Below, piece after piece: positions 17,382 to 23,624 of a stretch of 31,977 nt of DNA (the stretch's first letter is position 1; each line of letters opens with the position of its first letter). The notes below the pieces were generated by a model, which saw only the letters and a program-made list of their open reading frames with translations, had not been told where the DNA came from and made no database searches. Origin of the DNA: a virus. Taxonomy: Duplodnaviria; Caudoviricetes. Both the position numbers and the translations under genes were made by a program. The stretch is taken from IMG/VR virus record IMGVR_UViG_3300025635_000102, positions 1-31,977 of that record. One strand, written 5' to 3'.

Positions 17382-18092
17382 ATGGGTATTCTTTACACTG
17401 CTTACGCCGATGCGTTCACTCGGCCTAACGACACCACGGCTTACTCCGTTCAGGATGTTGTTGGGACTAACTTGGCGGTCACTGGCGCTACAAACGCCAC
17501 GCCAATCGTCATCACCACTGCGGCTCACGGCTTCTCCACTGGGGATGTTGTGACGATTGCTTCTGTTGGCGGCAACACCAACGCTAACGGCACGTTCCGC
17601 GTGACCGTTCTTAGCTCTACCACGTTCTCTCTGGACGGTTCCGCTGGTAACGCGGCGTACACCTCTGGTGGCACTGTGGCGAAGTGGAATCGCATTGTGA
17701 CCGCTGCTCGACCCGGCGGCTCCGGTGCAATTCGCGGGTGGAAATTGGCAACCAACAGCGCAAACGTCACAAGCGTTTCGTTCTCGTTGGCGATTTTCAA
17801 ATCCGCAACCACGGGAGGTCAGCTTCCGCCTGCGGCAACGCTGGACAACGCGATTATCGGCAACAACTTCTACACCGATTACCGCACGTTCATCCATAAA
17901 ACCGCCGCCGCAAGCATTACTGCGGCTACGGCTGGCTCCGCCACTGGTTGGGCTGAGGCTACAAACCTGTTCATTCCTTACGATACGGATGGCACCTCGT
18001 CCGACCTGTGGGTTCAGGTGATTGCAGAAGGCGCGTTCACCCCTGTCGCGAACCAGACCTTCCGCTTGTCCGTAGACTTGGAGAAGCAGTAA
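17382..18092 (+). CDS. Capsid decoration/minor head protein with inserted E1-FCCH-like beta-barrel
   Basis: SD AGGAG upstream; phage motif TRPNDTTAY...DVV; insert VTGATNATPIVITTAAHGFSTGDVVTIASVGGNTNANGTFRVTVLSSTTFSLDG; followed by a terminator. Confidence 0.7.
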   Translation: MGILYTAYADAFTRPNDTTAYSVQDVVGTNLAVTGATNATPIVITTAAHGFSTGDVVTIASVGGNTNANGTFRVTVLSSTTFSLDGSAGNAAYTSGGTVAKWNRIVTAARPGGSGAIRGWKLATNSANVTSVSFSLAIFKSATTGGQLPPAATLDNAIIGNNFYTDYRTFIHKTAAASITAATAGSATGWAEATNLFIPYDTDGTSSDLWVQVIAEGAFTPVANQTFRLSVDLEKQ

Positions 18093-18113
18093 TTTGGTGG
18101 TGCTGCTAGTGCG

Positions 18114-18149
18114 AGGGGGTGCCGCGAGTGCGGTGCCCCCTTTTTGTTT
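18114..18149 (+). terminator. Rho-independent terminator of the head operon
   Basis: GGGGGTGCCGC-GAGT-GCGGTGCCCCC (11 bp, two G-U) followed by TTTTTGTTT. Confidence 0.85.
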
Positions 18150-18186
18150 GGCATGCATTATCCTTTTCTGTAACGATAAAGTCCGC
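18148..18186 (+). promoter_or_regulatory. Putative late promoter/operator (TTGGCA-N17-TAACGATAAAG)
   Basis: The -35 overlaps the terminator U-tract; 17-nt spacer; 11-mer at 18171-18181; ATG at 18187. Confidence 0.6.
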
Positions 18187-18654
18187 ATGAAGCACTACTA
18201 TCGAAAAGCCTTCCCGACCAACAAGGTCAAGGATGGCAACGGGGAGACAATTCCATTCGAGCCGCTAACTACAAGCTGGTCCTTCCTTGCTTTGGATGAC
18301 GCGGATGAGAAGCACAAGTATTGGGTTGGAGAGCTTGCCAAACTGATGAGTGACCGTGTTGGCGGAGTCGAGTCGATTACAGAGGGTCAATACTCAGAAC
18401 TCTACGTTGAAAAAAAAACTTCTTTGATTCCGTTGCTTCCGGATTGGGCGGGAGGAAGGGCGGGGGATGGGAGGGACGCCCTAGTTCCTGGCCAGCAGAA
18501 TTCGCAGGATACAAGAAACGTTCGTGTAAAGCCTGCGGCGGTGGCTGAGTCCCAAAACCAACCCACAGCTCCAGTGATTCCAGCGCCACCTGAACCTAAG
18601 ACGAGTCCGAAACCTCAAACTGGCAAACTTCCCAAGGTCGCCCTCCCTGAATAA
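18187..18654 (+). CDS. Hypothetical protein (155 aa) with internal A9 slippery site
   Basis: Start reassigned to ATG 18187 because the longer ORF crosses the terminator. Folded-looking N-terminal ~77 aa and Pro-rich disordered C-terminus; stop lies 3 nt before the next gene. Confidence 0.75.
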   Translation: MKHYYRKAFPTNKVKDGNGETIPFEPLTTSWSFLALDDADEKHKYWVGELAKLMSDRVGGVESITEGQYSELYVEKKTSLIPLLPDWAGGRAGDGRDALVPGQQNSQDTRNVRVKPAAVAESQNQPTAPVIPAPPEPKTSPKPQTGKLPKVALPE

Positions 18655-18657
18655 CCT

Positions 18658-20628
18658 ATGGCGTACACTTTCGCCCAACTCAAGACGGCGTGCAATTCGA
18701 TCCTGTGGCCCGATGGCGTTCCCGAGAACCTTGTCGATGCCATTGGAAACCTGTACGTCGAGGCGATGGTTGACATCCAGAAGTGGGTGCCGTGCTATCG
18801 CGAGCGGAATGAAAGTGTATTCGCCCAGTGTTCCACTTACTTCAAGTGTGGCACTACGGTTATTGACGCTCCAAAAGGTAGGATTACTAAAGTGTACGTG
18901 GTGCAAGGCGACGAGTATTGCCAGCCTGTCACGTATCACCAGACAACTCCGCGAGAGGTTCAATGCTGGTCGCGCCGGTTCACTGAGATCGTTTCTACGC
19001 CTGACAACAGCGGGTTGAACCCGTTGCCTCTTGGTTTCAAGTACCCTGAATCAACAACGGACTCTGAGTTTGGTCGCGCATTGACCGGGCTCTGGGCTTT
19101 GGACACTCGCGGATCTGGCGCTCGAATCATCATTGCCCCGTGGATTCAAAGCGACGAGAAGGTTGTCGTGGAGTGGAGCGGAATCAAAACGAAGTGGGCG
19201 GATAGCGACTTGGTTGAAGAGGATGATCCTGACCTTTACCGGGCGGTTCGCGAGTACGTGCGCTGGAAGTTTGAGGATCTTTACTCCAGTGACAGAGCTG
19301 GCACAAATGCGGTTAAAGCTGCGTTTGAAGAATCCCGCGCTGACTTAATCCACGAATGCAACGAACTTACACGTCAACGCAAAGCCGAGCCGTGCAATGA
19401 GGAAATCAAATCACTGTTCGCGACATACACCACGCCTGAAGCTGCGACTCCGACAACTAACGTGGACACAACTGTGCTTGCGGCGTTTGGAGACTATGGC
19501 GTGGATGATGCAAACGAGCTGGCCGTCGCTAATCTAGTCAAGGGTTGGAGTCCTGATGCTATTCTGGCTCTTGGTGATAACAACTACGAGACTGGCAGCG
19601 CGGCCACGATTGACGAGAACGTGGGCAAGTACTACGCCGACTACATCTACCCATACGTCGGAAGCTACGACTCCACTGCGACCGAGAACAAGTTCTGGCC
19701 CGTGCTTGGAAACCACGACTTGGATACGGACAATGGTGGGCCTTATCTCGAATACTTCCCTACTCCAATCAACCAGAGGTACTACGATGTAGTCATTGGA
19801 AACGTCCACGTATTCGCATTGAACAGCGGATACAACACGGCTGGAGACATGGTTGAAACCGCCGGAGTCGCATCCGCTGACGCTCAGGCCCAGTGGCTCC
19901 GAGCGAAGCTGCTTCAGTCCACAGCGAAGTGGAAGCTGGTCATCTTGCACCACTCGCCTTACACGAACGGATCAAGCTACACCCCCGGCAAGACAATCCT
20001 TCGATGGCCGTTTGAAGCTTGGGGCGCTGACGCTGTTCTGAGTGGCCACTCGCACGTCTACGAGCGCATTGAGAAGGGCGCTTCCAAGTTCCCATACTAC
20101 GTGGTTGGTACTGGTGGTCGGACTCTCGACTCGTTCATCGCATCCCCCGTTGACCAAGCCTACGGGTACAACACCAAGAACGGCGCTCTGAAAATTACCG
20201 CCACTTGCAGTGAGTTGAATTTCGAGTTCGTGAACGTTGACGGAACGACCATTGACGATGGAACGGATGATAGCGAGTACGTGCCGCCCGCCGACACGTT
20301 CACCTTGTACTGGGGTCGCTCTACCAACACGACGCTCACTGGTGCTCAAATCCAGGCGCTATCGAACTCTGCATCTGCAAGCAGTGTTGCTCGAACTAAC
20401 AGCTACGCGGCTGGAACCGGGTATCTCTACTTTGCGTGCCCAGACTCTGAAGACCCGGTAAGCATGATGGTTGGAGCGTTCGCGCTGTCTCTTGCCGATG
20501 CGTCGCTTGGATACGCTTCCACATCGAACGGGCTCACGTACACCACGGTAACGGTTGGTTCAACGCTGTACCGACTCTACCGCTCTTTCAACACCCTCGC
20601 GGGAGTAACCTCCGTTATCGTCTCTTAA
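18658..20628 (+). CDS. Putative head-tail adaptor fused to a purple-acid-phosphatase-type metallophosphoesterase and a C-terminal virion beta-domain
   Basis: N-terminus MAYTFAQLKTACNSILW and position suggest an adaptor. Residues ~273-534 contain DYG, GDNNY, GNHD, VILH and GHSH. C-terminal LYWG...YLYFACP...YRLYRS domain resembles phage structural proteins. Confidence 0.8.
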   Translation: MAYTFAQLKTACNSILWPDGVPENLVDAIGNLYVEAMVDIQKWVPCYRERNESVFAQCSTYFKCGTTVIDAPKGRITKVYVVQGDEYCQPVTYHQTTPREVQCWSRRFTEIVSTPDNSGLNPLPLGFKYPESTTDSEFGRALTGLWALDTRGSGARIIIAPWIQSDEKVVVEWSGIKTKWADSDLVEEDDPDLYRAVREYVRWKFEDLYSSDRAGTNAVKAAFEESRADLIHECNELTRQRKAEPCNEEIKSLFATYTTPEAATPTTNVDTTVLAAFGDYGVDDANELAVANLVKGWSPDAILALGDNNYETGSAATIDENVGKYYADYIYPYVGSYDSTATENKFWPVLGNHDLDTDNGGPYLEYFPTPINQRYYDVVIGNVHVFALNSGYNTAGDMVETAGVASADAQAQWLRAKLLQSTAKWKLVILHHSPYTNGSSYTPGKTILRWPFEAWGADAVLSGHSHVYERIEKGASKFPYYVVGTGGRTLDSFIASPVDQAYGYNTKNGALKITATCSELNFEFVNVDGTTIDDGTDDSEYVPPADTFTLYWGRSTNTTLTGAQIQALSNSASASSVARTNSYAAGTGYLYFACPDSEDPVSMMVGAFALSLADASLGYASTSNGLTYTTVTVGSTLYRLYRSFNTLAGVTSVIVS

Positions 20629-20631
20629 ACC

Positions 20632-20865
20632 ATGCCAATTTCCGGATCTGTACCAGTAACCGGGTTTGTAGCTCCTACAGACTCAGTGGACACATACCCA
20701 TCGCATTCAGAGGAATACGGCAAAGGTGGGTACAGGTCTGTTGACACTGTAACGGATCGGGATGCCATCCCTGCCGCAAGGCGCAAGGCTGGAATGGTTG
20801 TTAAGGTCTTGGCCAACAAGATGGAGTACATCCTTGGGGCTGGTCTTGGAAATGGAGACTGGGAG
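20632..20865 (+). repeat. Protein-level repeat copy 1 (tail-spike anchor), paired with 23625-23861
   Basis: ISGSVPVTGFVAPTDSxDTYPSHSEExGxGGYR is shared by both spikes; DNA identity is broken at third codon positions. Confidence 0.9.
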
Positions 20866-23622
20866 AAAAACCCATACGGAACAATGGAGCTTGGCGCATA
20901 CTCGGAGCTGGAGGCGTTGAACGGATCTCAACTTGTCGATGGGTCAATGTTCTTCTGCCGATACAGAGAGAGTCAGGCTTACGGTGGATCAGGTCACTTT
21001 TACTTCTCGTCGTCCAGCACGATAGCGGCGGACGGAGCAATGGTTCTGCAACCGGCTGACAACTCCGGTAGGTTTCATCGCGTTTGGGAAGGTGAGCCGA
21101 TCAACATTCTCTGGTTTGGGGCAAAACCGACGAAGGACATCGGTGGATTAACACCCGCTGGAACTTTCGACAACTCCGTTCCCATCAACAACGCAATCAA
21201 CTGGGCGAGAACCCCAACGATTGGGCCGACAGACGTTCGCGCATCGGTGTTCATCCCGGCTGGCGACTTCTGGATCTCGAACTCAATCGTCAACCGATAT
21301 AGGGTGGATGTGATTGGGCTTGGGTGTGTGTTTACAGACAACGAATTCACAAGCCACGCAGTTAGTTCTTCAGGGTTGGTTGCTGGTGCGAGCCGCATCC
21401 GTCTCGCAGACGGCGCAAACTGCCCAATGATGGTCTGGGATCTTTCCGACGCATCAAAGCGGTACGATTTTTCATACACGGACGACGGGTTGACAATGAC
21501 CGCGACTGTCACAGTCGCATCTCCAGGCGTTATCACCTGCACCGCGCACGGGCTCACTGTTGGGCGTCGAGTCGCGTTCACTACAACAGGCGCTCTGCCA
21601 ACGGGAATCGCGGCATCCACTATCTACTACGTCCAGTCAGTACCAACTGCTGATACGCTTACCATTTCAGCGACAAGTGGTGGGGCTGTCATCAACACAA
21701 GTGGGTCGCAATCCGGAACGCACACGCTCATTAAAGATCCGGCTATTAAATACGTCGCCGGGAATACGATTCGCGGAATCAATTTCTTCGGCAACTCAGC
21801 AAATCAGACGCGCTCTGACTGCCACATTATTAAGGTGGAGTATGCGTGGAACATTCGATTGGACAACTGCAACTTTGGAAATCCAAGTGGATATGCGGTT
21901 TGGGCATATGAGTGCAACACTTTGGATATTGTCGATTGCTACGGAAACGGAGGCCGAACGGCTAACAAGGGTGTGTTCTTATTCTCGTGCGCTGATGGAT
22001 TCATGTCTCAATCCAAGTTCGGAGGCGCGGCTGGTCCCGCTCTTTGGATTGCTGGAGCTAACGGATGGCAGCAGCAGTATCTTGGCAACTTCCTTTACAA
22101 CAACTTCAAAGGGCAGTTCCAAGTTTCCGGTGTGGCAAGCGATGAGTTGACGCTTGCATCAACGCATGACTTTGAGACTGGAATGCCAGTTGAATTATCT
22201 GCGGATTCCGGTGCCACTCTTCCGACACTGACCCGGTATCCATCCGTCGCGCTTGACTCCAAGGTATTCTGGGTAATCAAAGTAAGCAGCACGAAGATCA
22301 AGTTGGCGTACAGTTACGAAGATGCTGTAGCTGGAACATATTTAGCTGTCACTGGTGGATCTGGAACCTACTACGCATGGCATGGAGCGGCGGCTGGAGC
22401 GTACCTTTCTGGGGGCGCGAACAACAACGTCCTCTCAGGAAATCGTTGCGACCAAAACCAGAACTTTGGAATCGCGTGCAATAACAGCACTGAGAACGTC
22501 ATCACCGGGAATCTTCTCAACCTTAACGGATACGACAGTTTAACAGCCACCTCTGAGGCGACAACATCCGCAGGCGTGTATCTCCGAAACGGCTCCAAGA
22601 ACAACGTTGTTCTTGGGAATTCCATGATGGACTGGAACACATACGCGCAAACTTACGGAATATGGGTGGATGCGAATTGCGGCAAGAACTACATTGGGCA
22701 GAACGCATTTAAAGCTAACCCATCGCAAGTCGATACGCTTCTTTCATCCACTGGAAACACTACGGAGACGGCGATTGTTCAGAAGACTGGAGGCGTTACA
22801 ATTTACGCCGATGCAACAGGAAGCCCATTGACGATTGGCAGGTCTGATGTTGCTGGTGAATGGAAGTTTGAGCTGAGCAGCAACTCCAACGTGATGCGGC
22901 TGAAGAATTCATACGTTGGCAACACCGCTCTAAACGTATCGTCTTCAGTAACAGATACAAGCATCAACATTGGGTCAAGTGGATCTCCAATCGCTCCAAG
23001 AAGCTCTTTAATTTACGGAGAGCAGCCATCGACAGCTTCTGGAACAGATGTTTCTGCGGGCGACTTTTACATCGTTGCAGGCTCTGGCACTGGATCGTCA
23101 ACTGGGGGTGGTAAAATTCGGTTCCTGACTCCAAATGCAGGCTCATCGGGGACAACTGTTCAGACTCAGACCGAGAAGTTCGCGTTGATGCGCGAGGGGG
23201 GTGTCATCATTAAAACGATGACATCCGCTCCATCTGTTGGAATTGACAACGGGGCAATCTACCCAAACTCCACGGACAGCATATTCTACGGCAGGCTCGG
23301 CAGCGCGTGGCACACGATGTCGAATCCGAACATTATCGGCGTTTCGACAATATCAGTGGATGCAAGCGCGACGTTTACATTCTCTCCATTGGTTAGCCGG
23401 TGGACGCAAGTGCTGACAGCTCCAATCACGGCAAATCGAACAGTTACCCTTTCATCTTCATTCGCCCAGCGCGGAACGAAGGCAAGATTTACTCGGACAT
23501 CCGCATCCACAGGCGCTTTCAACTGGGACATCGGTGGGCTCAAGAATCTCACCGTTGGAACTTGGTGCGAGGTTGAATGGGACGGTTCAGCCTGGATCTT
23601 AACTCAATTCGGCTCTCTCTAA
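20632..23622 (+). CDS. Tail spike/fibre 1, pectate-lyase-like beta-helix (putative depolymerase)
   Basis: Virion-anchor N-terminus (RDAIPAARRKAGMVV), GGSGHFYF carbohydrate-binding-like module, INILWFGAK...DNSVPINNAI...VFIPAGDF beta-helix start and Asn-ladder repeats (NNNVLSGN, NVITGN, NNVVLGN). Confidence 0.85.
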   Translation: MPISGSVPVTGFVAPTDSVDTYPSHSEEYGKGGYRSVDTVTDRDAIPAARRKAGMVVKVLANKMEYILGAGLGNGDWEKNPYGTMELGAYSELEALNGSQLVDGSMFFCRYRESQAYGGSGHFYFSSSSTIAADGAMVLQPADNSGRFHRVWEGEPINILWFGAKPTKDIGGLTPAGTFDNSVPINNAINWARTPTIGPTDVRASVFIPAGDFWISNSIVNRYRVDVIGLGCVFTDNEFTSHAVSSSGLVAGASRIRLADGANCPMMVWDLSDASKRYDFSYTDDGLTMTATVTVASPGVITCTAHGLTVGRRVAFTTTGALPTGIAASTIYYVQSVPTADTLTISATSGGAVINTSGSQSGTHTLIKDPAIKYVAGNTIRGINFFGNSANQTRSDCHIIKVEYAWNIRLDNCNFGNPSGYAVWAYECNTLDIVDCYGNGGRTANKGVFLFSCADGFMSQSKFGGAAGPALWIAGANGWQQQYLGNFLYNNFKGQFQVSGVASDELTLASTHDFETGMPVELSADSGATLPTLTRYPSVALDSKVFWVIKVSSTKIKLAYSYEDAVAGTYLAVTGGSGTYYAWHGAAAGAYLSGGANNNVLSGNRCDQNQNFGIACNNSTENVITGNLLNLNGYDSLTATSEATTSAGVYLRNGSKNNVVLGNSMMDWNTYAQTYGIWVDANCGKNYIGQNAFKANPSQVDTLLSSTGNTTETAIVQKTGGVTIYADATGSPLTIGRSDVAGEWKFELSSNSNVMRLKNSYVGNTALNVSSSVTDTSINIGSSGSPIAPRSSLIYGEQPSTASGTDVSAGDFYIVAGSGTGSSTGGGKIRFLTPNAGSSGTTVQTQTEKFALMREGGVIIKTMTSAPSVGIDNGAIYPNSTDSIFYGRLGSAWHTMSNPNIIGVSTISVDASATFTFSPLVSRWTQVLTAPITANRTVTLSSSFAQRGTKARFTRTSASTGAFNWDIGGLKNLTVGTWCEVEWDGSAWILTQFGSL

Positions 23623-23624
23623 AC

